64,000 nucleotides of DNA from Setoptus koraiensis (taxonomy: Eukaryota > Animalia > Arthropoda): NCBI GenBank assembly GCA_048013815.1, contig CM106586.1, positions 14,942,001-15,006,000 on the forward strand, given 5' to 3'. The notes below the pieces were generated by a model, which saw only the letters and a list, made by a program, of their open reading frames with translations, did not search any database and was not told the origin of the DNA. Made by a program: the position numbers and the translations under genes. Of this stretch, positions 1 through 11,961 are shown in pieces. The stretch's first letter is position 1. Each line of letters starts with the position of its first letter.

Positions 1-1698
1 GCGCCTCATCATGCTAATACGGGATTTTCTTCATCCTTATCTGTATTCTGCGGATTTGAACACTCTCACAGTTGCCAGATATTTGGCTTTCACTTGGCAT
101 CAGTCGGATTGTCAAGTTGTGATTGCATCATATCGCTGGCGCAATCCAGGCTGCAATACAAACATTTGTCTGATCTGATTCAGTTCGCTATTGTTAATGT
201 ATCTGATTATGACCGGCAATGGGATGAGGCGAGCTGTCCATCCCGAGCAACCTATCATAACTGGATCATGTATCAACATGCTGAATGCATATCAACAATT
301 GTTCGTGCCAACTCGATCTAACGAGGCCCATTTCTCTCAACTAACCTTAACGTTGCAATTAGCGACGCAATTAGCGATAAAACTGGCCAGCTTGTTCGTG
401 GACAGTGCCATACAGTAGTGCAGTTAGACTGGCGACAAATGTGTCACTTATTCGCACTTGGGCTGTTTGAGACAACTCGAGACTGAGAATTGTCTCAGTT
501 GTTTGTTTTTCTCGTTGTTTGTGTTCCGATGAAATGCACACGCGAATAATAATGACCAAGTATAAACAAATTCACTGTAATTTTGTTCAACGGCACGACA
601 CTCAACGGCAACTGACACAATGTTGCCGAGGCAAACACACAAAACGCAAACACCTAGCTAATGTATCGTTTCTTTCTCGGCCACACAACAATATTTAATG
701 ACCATAATTCCTGTTAACGCTACTTTTACTGCAGCCAGCCAACAACAATACCCGACAACGAGGAAGCCGATTCTGGCAAACAATTCGCTCAAGCCAGACA
801 CTTGTTGTCGACGACAACTATTGAAAGAAAGGAAGTAAGAATCAATGAGGTGTACAATAGTGTTGCGACTAAAAATAACAAGTCAAAACTACAATGGGCT
901 AGTTGTGCAAATTGTATTAGGGGGGCTCGTGTGCGTTACTGGCACCAACTAACAATGTGTTGGACATTAGTGGCTGGATATTTGGTATCTGGAGACACAC
1001 TTCATGCGTCACCAAATACTATCAGGTGAACGCTGGCATGTCTCACGCGTTTGCAGCATGCCACAAGAGGATCCAGTAATTTAAGGCTTTAGCTAGTCGA
1101 TGAACCTGCAACTTGATAAGCACAGATCAGCCCACTTGCTCGTTATCTTAAATATCTTGCATTATTGCAAATGTAATGTATTCAATATAATTAGCGCCAA
1201 TTCGATGGAATTACCTGGTTGTTTGTTCACACCTAACTGGACACAAGCTGCCACTTGCACACACTTGCTGCTTGCAGTTGAATAATTGGCTCCAAATGAA
1301 ACTTATTAATAGCCTGCTAATGAGATGCAAAAAATCAGACATTCTCTGGCAGTCGTCGTGGCAAGACAATTCAATTAAAAGTAGATTAAAACAAAAGAAA
1401 AGAAACGAAAATCAACCACGTACAATCTAATCAGTTTTGCAAACACAATAGTGGTCAAAGATCGTACAAATCATACAAAAGTGAGCATCGTCCGATAGTA
1501 GTAAATCATCGCTCGCCAACTAAATCAACCACAGAACGCAAACAATGACGCCTCTTTCTGTAAGCAATCTAACGACTGGTCGACGCAAATATATCACAAT
1601 TTGATTCGAAACTCGCAAATCAAACAACTTAACTAACACAAACTTATGTCTCACACATATTTTCACATATCCAAACATTTGCAATCTAGAACTACAAC

Positions 1699-2492
1699 AT
1701 GTTGAGAAGTATACTTTTGATAGGTGTAACAAGTGCAATATTACTAGTGCTATTAACGCCATGCCAAACACGAGCAGATGAACTAGAATCGGCCGAATCT
1801 GTGGCAAAGGGAGCTGGAGCCGGGGGTGTCATCGTGGCCAAGGGTGGCAAGGCCGCTGCGGGCGCCGCCGGGTTTAAGACTGGGGGAGCGGCCGCCGCCG
1901 GTTTTAAAGGAGCAGCGGCAGGTGCCAAGGGCGGCGCCAAAGGATTTGCAAGCGGAGCAGCGGGATTCAAAAAGGTGAATTAGCGAGTCTGACATGTTCA
2001 ATCAATCTATTTTAGTTTTAGTAGTCATTGAATACCAAACTGACTCAGTTTTTTAATCGATATTGCACTCAATAATAACTGCAGGGCGCTGCTTCTAAGG
2101 GTGGTGCGTTCGCATCGGGATACGCAAAGAAATTCGGAAAAAAGGCTGGTAAATTCGGTAAGTTTGGTGCCGGTCACTCAAGAACTTCCGCAGCTGTCAA
2201 GACATTCGGTTTGAGCACTGGATTCAAGTTTGGCAAGGCCGGAGCTTTTGGTGCTGCCGGCGGAGCAAAGAAAGGATTTGTCGCCAAGAAAGGATTTGCC
2301 TCAGCCGCTGGAGCTGCCGGATTCGCCAAAAAGGCGGCCGGTGGAGCCAAGGGATTCGCCGCGGCTGGTAAGGCATCTTCAGGATTTAAGGCTGGTGCCA
2401 AGGGAGCAGCCGGATTTAGCAAGGCTGCAGCAGCGGGTGCTGGCGGAGGAATCAAGGCCGCTGGCGGTGCCGGAGGTAAACTCGTCGGCTAG
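1699..2492 (+). CDS. Secreted Gly/Ala/Lys/Phe-rich low-complexity protein, 2 exons: join(1699..1974,2085..2492), 227 aa
   Basis: Signal peptide MLRSILLIGVTSAILLVLLTPCQT. Donor AAG|gtgaat at 1975 and acceptor ctgcag| at 2084 give a 110-nt phase-0 intron joining the two ORFs in frame. Repeated GAAGF(K/A)K and AKKGFA motifs occur in both exons. Confidence 0.85.
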
Positions 2493-2845
2493 ATTCGTTA
2501 GAACCTTAATGTAAATAAATTGATTCGGGGTCCTCAAAAATACTCGAGAAAGTTATGAGCTTAGAGAATCGTCCACTAAAATATAGCCAAACTATTATCA
2601 TATAATAATATGTAGCCTTCTGTTGGATGCTAAATAAATATTCAATAACGATGCAATCAGATTTGGTCATTCCCTCGATCTCCACTAACTAAACTTGACC
2701 TTCAAAATAGCCGAGACTACATTAGAATGATTGTCAGCTGAGCCTCAGGCGATTCAATAAACAACAGTTTTTGTTGAGAATGATTATTTACAAAGGAGAA
2801 GAGTTTATTAAGAGTAGCCATTTTCTAGTTGATCAAAATGAACAC

Positions 2846-4340
2846 TCAAACAGTATTTGAAGGCTCTGAGTGGACAAACAACGGAATTTTAGACAACAGT
2901 TGTCCGTACTTGATTTTTTGATTTTGTTCTAGGTCAAAAGTGGTATTTCTCGGGGCCTCAAATATGAGAACAATTGTTGAGCCAAAATTAAACTCGCCGA
3001 AATCTTCGCCAGCGGTTAAATTGACTTCTTGGCTAAACTCATGCTCAAAGCAAGCGTATCGGTCCGGCCTCCACAGATGACGTCTATTTGTTCTGAGGTC
3101 CTACAAATGTTGAGTGATACGATATGAGGGCATTAGTGTTAAATCAACAGAGTTGCACAGTTGTTGTGGCTTCGAGAGAAAAAAATGGATATTCGATTGT
3201 ACTTACTTCATCGAAGTTGACCTTGATCGAGCCAACGTTGGTTGCTCCTACGGCTGTCATTGAGAAAAAGCCGTGACTCCATTGACCAACGTAACATACT
3301 CTCTCATTTATATGTAAAACTTCTGGCATACGTTTCATTAAAGAGGGCCTAACACTTAACAATCTGCCGGGAAAATGGCGTCTAAACTTAACTGTCCATC
3401 TAGCTGGCGAATGGAATCTATGATAATCACCAGGTGCTAAATAAATTATACAATGATAAAGATCACTTTTCTCTTTACCATTGGCCAATAAATCGTCATA
3501 ATTGTCATTGGGTAAACCTAGAAATGTTTGCACTGAATAATTGAGACCTTTGACTTGTTCTATTCTACCATCTCTAACTGGACCAAAATGTAATATTTGT
3601 CCGTCTGCTGGCGATACAACACCTGGTTCCTTGCTAATAGGTCGCGAATCTGGCTTTAGGCGACGTATAAAGAATTCGCCGAGATTTCTGTATTGACGAT
3701 AATCACTTTCAAGAGCTTCGCTCATATCACAATTGTAAGTACGACAAAAGAAATCATATATTCTAGATCTCATCCAAACAGGTAAATCTCTAGAATTGAT
3801 TTTCCCCCATAAACTAGATGTCACTCTTAATGGTAGCATATGATATAATCTTATTTCTAAATCACATAATATCGCTGGTGTATAATAGTAAAATAATGAT
3901 GAGGCCGATAATAAGGATGTGTAATAATCGATGGTAGATAATGATGAGTTGTTATTATATAATAATGTTGTTGTTGAATTAGTTGATGATTGTTTCCTAT
4001 GTTCTATGTCACAATGATGTTCGTTAGCGGCGGCATTATCATTATTGTTAGTATTGCCATTTTGTTGTGTGCTGCTATGGTAACCTCTTTTCGAAGCGGC
4101 CGCGGCCGCCCTGGCCTCAAGTGATTTAACTCGCCTGGTCCATGCATATAGTAGAATACCGGCAAAGACAAATGATGGCGGCAACCAGAACCATTTGCTA
4201 TATGATGTGGATGTGGATGATGATGAAGAAAGAATCATGACACTTTTTGCTGCTGCTGCTTGACGAGAGCAACCAGTGGTGATTGTGGTGATGCTAGAGA
4301 CTGAATATGGAATGTCTTCATTTCCAGTCATCGGCGTCAT
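2846..4340 (-). CDS. PISD: Mitochondrial phosphatidylserine decarboxylase proenzyme, complement(join(2846..3100,3207..4340)); start codon uncertain
   Basis: Motifs VVSPADG, YLAPGDYHRFHSP and VGATNVGSI. Donor GAA|gtaagt at 3206 and acceptor tttgtag| at 3101. Exon 2 read by hand gives GEDFGEFNFGSTIVLIFEAP (autocleavage motif) and a TGA ending at 2846. Confidence 0.93.
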
Positions 4341-7300
4341 GTTACGCACCACGGTAGCGATTCTGCATATCTGTCCCTTTCGTTCGTCAAATTTATGAGT
4401 AAGTTTGCTGCCGCTGATATGCTTCAGTATATATCACCAGCACAACCTCCGATAGTAACACTACTACTACTACAACTACTGCTACTACTAGTGCTACTAC
4501 CACTGATAGCGCTTTGTAAAGCTAGCTAGTTTTTGATGATGGTATTAGTGTGTGTGTGTCGAGTGTGTCTGTAGATAATGGCCGGGCCAGGCCAATAAAA
4601 TATTATGCGATGAGATGAGATATTGAGTGATGGTATATAAAAGATCGATGAGATATAAGATCTTGTGTGTGTGTGTATGAGTGAGTGCGTAAGCTAGAGC
4701 GATCGAGCTAGCTAGGGAGAGAGAGTTCACTTCTGGCTGTGCAGCGAGGAGTTATGACTATTATTAAGCGCTCTGTGACTTATCTAATAGGTGGTGCGAT
4801 GTCTCGATAATCGTGTTCCGACGATGATAGCGATAGTAGTATTATTGTTATTATTACAGACGATGGCGCTAGTGACAGTGAACTGCATGCGAGCTAGTTT
4901 TTACCATAGTCTGAAAACGTGTTACATATATGTGAATAGAATTCTGGGTGCTGCTTCTGTAAAACTTTCCTATGATTGCCTTCTATTGTTCAATGATTCA
5001 GACGATTGTTTTAACAAGTTGTACAGTATATTTATTTAATATTACTGCCGCTTTATAATACCATGCCAGCGATAGATAACGATTGCAGATAGATGATAAC
5101 AACAATGATAACGTGGTCCTTGGCACACTGGTGTCATGCCTGCCAGCCGCCAGTTGTGTCCCCGTCGGTGTGTGGCTGCTGTTCTCCGGTTGCGGACAAG
5201 ATGTGATAATAGTCGATAATGGCTGAGTTGCGCTAATAGTCGATACAATAGAAGATTTGGTGATATTAATAATATTAATATTGGTGATATTTGTGGCGGC
5301 GACAGTAATAATATTCCTTATGCAGATAGATAATAATAACGTGAGTTTGTGATATACGAACAATATCCTTTGGCTGGCTCACAACGAGAGCACTTGCGTC
5401 TGCCGTCTGCTGTCTGCTGTCTGTCGTCTGCTGCTGTCGAACGATGTTGTGCCCAAACAACAATTTCAGGCAATCACTGTTGTTGCTGCTGTTGTTGTTG
5501 TCGTCGTCGTTGTTGTTGTTGTCGTTGATGTTGTTGTTAAACCCTTGACAGTATGCACAGTTCAGTTGTCCGCTTTTATTGGCTGCAATAACAGTGCTAG
5601 TGTAGTGCTATATTTGTGTTTTATATTATGCTCTTGTTGTTTGCGATGATGCTCCCATGTTATAGCGCCAACGAACGACGACTACAACGGCGAGCCTCCC
5701 CTCGTTCTCGAACAATTCGAACAATAATTGCAATTTGTGTGCAAATGTTGCATCATTTGTGTGCACCGTTTCTGCACACAATAGTCGCAATGCTCGCAAT
5801 AATGACAACACTGCCAATGCCACAACAGTGGCCATTTCACGGCCAACACACAATCGTTGTTGTGCCGTGCACCGTGTGCCAACACCGAACTAATGTGCAG
5901 CGCACATTGCAGCGGCCGAGCCAACCCAAGCACTAATGCAAGTGCGGCCTGTGTGTGCAGTTTCATCGTCAGCGAACTTTCAGGAGTCATGACTATTGTA
6001 ACTATAGTTCCGTGCGGGCTTATTAGTGCGGTAGCATTATGTCTGTGTTAGCTGCGCGCTGCTTGTAGCGCTGCCCACTAGTCGGTTGGTCGCCCAAGTT
6101 AGGCGGCCTAACGCACTGCCATACAGTCACTGTATTACAGTCGCCCTATCACAGTAATACAGCGACTGTGTGAGTCACACGCATGCAGTTCGCGTCTTGG
6201 TCAGGTTGGCAAAGCGCGACACACACACAAAGCGAACGAATATGAAAATAATAATAATAAAAAGAAAAAAAAGTAAAATTACTTTATTTGTGCTCACTTC
6301 TGCGTACGAGCCAGCCCCCGTTCTGGCCCCTCAAGGGCGTGATTTTCGCTCTCTCGACCGTGGCTCCATCTGAGACATCACCAACATATTTGACCTTGAG
6401 TTTGCGCAATCGTCGACTATCGTTATAGGCGCTACTTTTCGAACGACTCATTCTCCGCGTGTGTGTGTGTGTGTGTGTGAGCGCCTATGTCTCATTACTT
6501 CGGATCGCCGGGCATTGATCGGAGTGTCAAATACACGCACACACTCACCAGTAAATTGTTTGCTAGCTTGGCGGCAAGTCAGAGGTGAATATACGCTCCG
6601 TCGTCGTTATGTAACACACTCGGCATGCATGCAACTACTATTCATTTGTCGCTATTATACACAAAGTATCTACGCCAGATAACAGACAACTTGACACGAT
6701 ATGAACCATATCAACGTATGTAGAGTTTCACTTTGGGTCCACCCAACTACATAATCTCTATAAACTTGCCTATTTCATCCACACATCATATACACAGCAA
6801 ACCATTGTTGTCTCTTGTCTGAACTTTGCCTACTAACTCGTCTGGCGCTCAATAATAGAGAAAGGAACATTTGTCATGTTGGCCACAATATTACCACGGG
6901 CAACTCATTTGCATACCGCAACGGTCACTACAATCATCAGACTAACATTGGGTAAAATTGATGTCGCCACCATGTGTAGTTGTCAGCAAAGAGTCACAAA
7001 CAAATGGCATAAAGAGCACCAATAACAGGTGTCAGACACAGGAAACAATCCGCTTATGTTGTTCGCTAGTTTTCACGACGAGGGAGACAATGCACCAGTC
7101 GTGACATGTCTACCTATTGTGCCTACCCTGCTCTCTGTCTCTATCCTGCAGTCGATAGTTCCATTAGAAGATAGTCGATCGCTTGTGTCGCTTGCGATGA
7201 GATGGCGACTGCCAGAAACGGATGCACCAACTTGGGCGATAAGCGCCCACTTTTTCTAACTTCCTTTTCAATCACATTGAATTCTCAACAATTCTTGGTG

Positions 7301-7464
7301 TGAGTTTTCATATGAGCAGTTGCAATATTCGGGTCTCGCGTCTTTAAAAATGTAGGGCAACATCCTCGATCATGAAACGATTTGAGGAATTTCAACCCTT
7401 TATCTGCCATTATGTCTGGCAGAGGCCATGGGTGTCTATTAAGGCTAACAAAGATCAATGAGAA

Positions 7465-7528
7465 GTATCTTCAATTACATGACAATCGACGCAACACTAG
7501 ATAGACTAGAGTGAATAAGTAAAAACAA
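7465..7528 (+). repeat. 64-bp dispersed repeat, copy 1 (copy 2 at 13873..13936)
   Basis: GTATCTTCAATTA..ACAATCGACGCAACACTAGA..AGACTAGAG..GAATAA..TAAAAACAA; 59/64 identical by manual alignment. Confidence 0.85.
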
Positions 7529-7678
7529 AAGCTCATACAAAATATGCCTCACAACGCGGGGAGATTGTAGGTCGGAGAGGTGCTGTTCATTCGCTACTCC
7601 CAAGTTCTCCCTCACTCTCCCAAATATCAAGAAAATCAAAGAAAAAGAAAAATTTCAGCTGACGAGAAAAAAAAATTG

Positions 7679-7720
7679 TGACCGATTTCGTGACCAATAT
7701 CGTGACCGATATCGTGACCT
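7679..7720 (+). repeat. 12-bp tandem repeat (GTGACCRATWTC) x3.5 upstream of raw
   Basis: gtgaccgatttc gtgaccaatatc gtgaccgatatc gtgacc. Confidence 0.8.
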
Positions 7721-7764
7721 TTCTCCTTATTATTAAAAGTTTAAAGACACAAGATGGGCACAAG

Positions 7765-9069
7765 ATGCCCAGCACCAGCAACAATAAGTATCAAATTTTT
7801 CTCGGTGGCTCATGCAATCCGACAACATGGCGACATTCGGTAGCCATACCAATTCTTCAAAATCTCGGTATAACATTTTATAATCCGCAAGTAGACGATT
7901 GGACGCCAGAAATGGTTCAATTGGAGAGTCGTGCCAAATCGGACGCAGAAATACTATTTTTTGTCATTGACAAACAAACCAGATCCACGGTGGGCATGAT
8001 AGAGAGCGCTTTCATAGCTGGCAGCAACAAGCGATTGATACTCGTCATATATCCGTTCTCGCAGGATTCGAACAAAGCCGAAAACGAAACACTTTATTGC
8101 AACGCAACAACGGCCACCAACAGGCCTGGCGTGACCGAGAACACTAGTCTAACGACGGTGGCCTCAACTGCTTCGGCAGCGTCAATTATGACCAGCTCGT
8201 TCGCCTCTTCCATGTCTATCCCAACATCGACGCAATCGTCGCTGGACACCAGTAGCTCGTTTGGTGCAACCACTAGCAATTTTTCAAATTATGGCCCAAT
8301 CAGAATCAGCGGCGAATACATAACCGCCATAGAATTCAGCGAGCTAAGAAGGGCCAGATTGTTGCTCCAGGATCTTGTTACTAATCGAAATATTCCAATA
8401 TTTTGCGACACGAAGCTCGCTTTAATACACGCCATTCAATGTTTAAGCACTAATAGAGGCGGCGCGGATTCTCGCCTTGAACAGACGAAAAAACAAGATG
8501 AGGAGGAGGACGACGACCCGAATTCTCGAGGTAGAGAGCGATCTCGTCATAATTACGGGCAATCTGATCTAACCAACAGCACCAGTGGCAGTACTCGAGA
8601 TCTTGAAGATATCTATCTGTGCCTGACCGATTGCGATCAATCGTGGCGCGAATCAAAAGCCCGGCCGTGGTTCCATAGAAACGGTCTAAGTTGTAATTTT
8701 GTGACGCAAAATTCGGACGGACATGTGCCCGCGGATATAATTTTAATTAGAGAGGAAATAAACGCCATTGAGCGTAGTCGCATTTTGCTATTTGTTGTCA
8801 CAAATAAGTGTCGTGGCCTATCTGTGATGTTATTGGCAGCCCATTATATGTCGCTTGGCAGAGAGGACGTCGTTCTATGTATACAGTATCTAGAGGAGCC
8901 ATGTATAATTGGCGGCGAGACATTGTCCAAAATGGCGGTGGCCGACTACAACCGGGGCCGAATTTATCTCAATGATCACGCCAAAAACACTCATGTGCCC
9001 GTGTTTAGCAATGTGGACGAGGCCATTGAGCATTGCGGTAAGAGAGGTAAAATTGTAGTGAAAAAATGA
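7765..9069 (+). CDS. raw: Raw/OLRN-1 family protein with two nucleoside 2-deoxyribosyltransferase-like (raw) repeats, intronless
   Basis: IFLGGSCNPTTWRHSVAIPILQNLGITFYNPQVDDWTPE...ILFFVID is the first raw repeat. The degenerate second repeat ends in ILLFVVTNKCRGLSVMLLAAHYM...DYNRGRIYL. The first in-frame ATG is at 7765; the ORF track start at 7678 is GTG. Confidence 0.85.
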   Translation: MPSTSNNKYQIFLGGSCNPTTWRHSVAIPILQNLGITFYNPQVDDWTPEMVQLESRAKSDAEILFFVIDKQTRSTVGMIESAFIAGSNKRLILVIYPFSQDSNKAENETLYCNATTATNRPGVTENTSLTTVASTASAASIMTSSFASSMSIPTSTQSSLDTSSSFGATTSNFSNYGPIRISGEYITAIEFSELRRARLLLQDLVTNRNIPIFCDTKLALIHAIQCLSTNRGGADSRLEQTKKQDEEEDDDPNSRGRERSRHNYGQSDLTNSTSGSTRDLEDIYLCLTDCDQSWRESKARPWFHRNGLSCNFVTQNSDGHVPADIILIREEINAIERSRILLFVVTNKCRGLSVMLLAAHYMSLGREDVVLCIQYLEEPCIIGGETLSKMAVADYNRGRIYLNDHAKNTHVPVFSNVDEAIEHCGKRGKIVVKK

Positions 9070-9170
9070 AGATAAACGTGGATTTTCGATTGGTGTTTTC
9101 CTACTTCTATGAATCTGCGGAGCAAGATAAGATGGCGCTTTATGATGTCATGGATCTGAGAAACAGCAGA

Positions 9171-10913
9171 TTAAGTTTTATTCTTATAGTATTCACGCAT
9201 CGATGTGATATATTTTGCCTTCCCTTTCAAGGTTTGAGAGTTTGCGTTCAATACTTGAATAACCACGTAATCTCCGGGCTTAATATTTGCCGGCTCGGTT
9301 CTTCCTTCAACTTTAACACTTTCTTTAGGTATGATGACCTTTACATTATTGTCCGCTCTGCCTTGCCAATGATCGGCGGATCTTCGGCTCTCATGCTCTA
9401 TTAGTATGAGTTGTTCTGTCGCGATCAACTTCTTATTGATTTGGTCAGAATGTGATCGAGACAGGTCGCGAATCTCTTCTAGACGTCGTATTTTGGTATG
9501 GTGTTCTACATCATCAACTAATCTATGGAAAGCACGAGTTTTTTCTCGCATAGAATACTGGAAAACGTATACGAAATTGTAACGAACTTGCTCCAGTAAT
9601 TTCAATGTATCCATATGAGCCTCCTCAGATTCGCCACAAAATCCTGCGATGAAGTCGCTAGTCAATGCTAGATCATTACCTAAAGCAGATTTCATTCTTT
9701 CAACTAGGTCTAGGTAAGCTTCGCGAGTATATCCTCGTTGCATCGTTTCTAGGACTGAATTGTTTCCCGACTGGGCTGGCAGGTGTATACATTTTGCTAT
9801 GTTTGGATATCGTCTTATAACGTCAATGACTGAATCGGTGAAGTCTTTGGGGTGAGGACTAGTGAATCTAACTCTTAATTCTGGGCTTATTTTGGCTACT
9901 TCCTCCAGCAAGACATCGAAAGTTAGTCCGCCTTTTTTTGGCTTGTAGATTGTTTTAAAACCCGGTGCTATTGAAGGAGAAGGATTTTTGTCCATCTCAC
10001 TATCATTTTGGCTCATATCTCGGTAACTGTTTACATTTTGTCCGAGCAGCGTAACTTCTTTCACCCCACTTTGGTGCAACTGCTTAATATCATCCAAAAT
10101 TGTGGTTAATGGTCTACTGCGCTCCCTTCCTCTTGTGAATGGAACTATGCAATAAGTGCACAGGTTATCACAACCTCTAGTTATGGACACAAAGGATGAA
10201 ATTTTGTTGTTCAGATTACAGCTTGGAATATCACTATAAGTTTCGTCAATAGAGAGCAAACAATTTACTGCTTTTCTATTGGTGAGGTTATTGATTGCGA
10301 ATAGTTTAGGCAAATCTCTATAGGCATCTGGTCCGGCAACTATATCTACCAGCTTTGAAGTATCCAACACTTTTTCTTTGAGTCGTTCTGCCATACATCC
10401 TAATAGGCCTACCTGTTTGAGTGGATGATGTTTGCTGCTCTTGAGCGATTGAAGATGATGAAGTTTCTTCCAGATTTTAGACTCCGCGGAATCTCTAATG
10501 GCACATGTCATAAGAAGATAGATTTCTGCTTCAAGCTCATCGTCAACCATGACATAACCATATGACTTCAAAATGGAAGATGCAATCTCTGTGTCATTAA
10601 CATTCATCTGACATCCATAGGTTTTGATAAATACAGGCACTTGATTCACCATCAGATCTAAATCATCAATGTAGGGCACAAGATTTGGGTCGCCGTGAGG
10701 AAGCCTATTGCTGATGATGTAGGGTCTGACATCATCAGACCTCACCGATGAGGTATTCAAGAAGTCTCTAAGATTTGGTTGATTTCTGTTCGCCTCAATT
10801 GAGGCATATTGACTGGTGCGGTTCGTGTTCACAGCGTCCATCCTGAGGGTGCTACATAATCGACGGTTCCCTTGACGCGCGGCTGATAATAAGAACCTCA
10901 ATGGAGAGGCCAT
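9171..10913 (-). CDS. CDK5RAP1: CDK5RAP1 / MiaB-type mitochondrial tRNA methylthiotransferase, 580 aa, intronless
   Basis: UPF0004 cysteines (KTYGCQMN, MTCAIR, LGCMAE), radical-SAM motif GCDNLCTYC, IHLPAQSG, and a C-terminal TRAM domain. Confidence 0.96.
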   Translation of the reverse strand: MASPLRFLLSAARQGNRRLCSTLRMDAVNTNRTSQYASIEANRNQPNLRDFLNTSSVRSDDVRPYIISNRLPHGDPNLVPYIDDLDLMVNQVPVFIKTYGCQMNVNDTEIASSILKSYGYVMVDDELEAEIYLLMTCAIRDSAESKIWKKLHHLQSLKSSKHHPLKQVGLLGCMAERLKEKVLDTSKLVDIVAGPDAYRDLPKLFAINNLTNRKAVNCLLSIDETYSDIPSCNLNNKISSFVSITRGCDNLCTYCIVPFTRGRERSRPLTTILDDIKQLHQSGVKEVTLLGQNVNSYRDMSQNDSEMDKNPSPSIAPGFKTIYKPKKGGLTFDVLLEEVAKISPELRVRFTSPHPKDFTDSVIDVIRRYPNIAKCIHLPAQSGNNSVLETMQRGYTREAYLDLVERMKSALGNDLALTSDFIAGFCGESEEAHMDTLKLLEQVRYNFVYVFQYSMREKTRAFHRLVDDVEHHTKIRRLEEIRDLSRSHSDQINKKLIATEQLILIEHESRRSADHWQGRADNNVKVIIPKESVKVEGRTEPANIKPGDYVVIQVLNANSQTLKGKAKYITSMREYYKNKT

Positions 10914-11160
10914 ACCAGAGCTTGCTGTTGTGATCTAATAATGGGCCCGAGTTATAATAGGAGCTCAAAGAGTAATATCAGCCCATGTCATGATAGAAGA
11001 GTTTCGATTGTCCGAACATCTTATTTTTTCATAGATTTCCGATCAGGTTGTTATTAATAGACGATAGAGCCCCTTTTTTTCATGAAAACACATGCCTCAA
11101 AGAGGACACGCTGTAAGCACAGTGTGTATGTTTGGCGCACAATACAAACAGATGAGTGAT

Positions 11161-11180
11161 GGGAGGCGGGCCCGCCTCCC
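11161..11180. promoter_or_regulatory. Perfect 20-bp GC-rich palindrome ~250 bp upstream of CDK5RAP1
   Basis: GGGAGGCGGGCCCGCCTCCC is its own reverse complement. A regulatory role is inference only. Confidence 0.3.
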
Positions 11181-11360
11181 GTTGTCCCAACTCTCCCGTC
11201 TCTGCTCCATCTCGTAAAGGTTAAAGAAGCTGGAGAACGAAAGACTCCGCGCGATTCTATTTCTCCCCTCGGCGGGATGATGCGGCGATCTTGCCAAAAG
11301 GGGGGTAAAACAGATTCTTCCACTCTCGCCCCAACTAACCGGGTTAGATCTCCCGTAAAC

Positions 11361-11363
<3 letters not shown>

Positions 11364-11403
<40 letters not shown>
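11364..11403. repeat. (AG)20 microsatellite
   Basis: Directly visible. Confidence 0.95.
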
Positions 11404-11408
<5 letters not shown>

Positions 11409-11467
11409 TGACCATGGCAGAGAGATGACGTTGAGTGGCCATCATATAACAAAGGCAATCTGTTTTA

Positions 11468-11961
11468 CAAGGTAACCCCGGCAACTGTAACACTCAGATT
11501 TGGTTCTAATGTACCAAAACGTGTTCAGCTCAATGCCCTGAACAAGAATCGGTGTCGGCTTTTCCCGACTTTTTCCTGGTTCGCGAGATATTCTGGTTTT
11601 TCTGGTGCTTAGGGGGCGCCACGCTCTATGGGAAAATGCATGCAAAATCTGCGCGCGCACTATTTTATGCAATCTTCGCACTAGCAATAGTAATAGCAGT
11701 AGTGATAGCAGTAGTGATAGCAGTAGTGATAGGCAAGTAACATGTGCGCGCACTAATAGTGCAAAAGCGTGCGCGCACAGATTTTGCATGCATTTTCCCA
11801 TAGAGCGTGGCGCCCCCTAAGCACCAGAAAAACCAGAATATCTCGCGAACCAGGAAAAAGTCGGGAAAAGCCGACACCGATTCTTGTTCAGGGCATTGAG
11901 CTGAACACGTTTTGGTACATTAGAACCAAATCTGAGTGTTACAGTTGCCGGGGTTACCTTG
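11468..11961. mobile_element. 494-bp non-autonomous foldback element (MITE) with 193-bp terminal inverted repeats and a TTA target-site duplication
   Basis: 11468..11660 is the reverse complement of 11769..11961 with 1 mismatch. Termini are CAAGGTAACCCCGG...CCGGGGTTACCTTG, flanked by TTA at 11465-11467 and 11962-11964. The 108-bp spacer has GCAGTAGTGATA repeats. Confidence 0.9.

Noticed and set aside
1-420. Open frames at the window start (94..321, 191..418)
   Set aside because: No recognisable motif, no consistent splice signals, and overlapping frames of similar length.
1692-2514. Antisense and alternate-frame ORFs rich in Pro/Ala (1692..1970 -, 2174..2455 -, 2230..2514 +)
   Set aside because: Shadows of the GC-rich Gly/Ala/Lys gene on the plus strand.
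4500-7300. Many 60-120 aa ORFs between PISD and raw
   Set aside because: Produced by GTT/CAA, GT and other simple repeats; no domain signatures.
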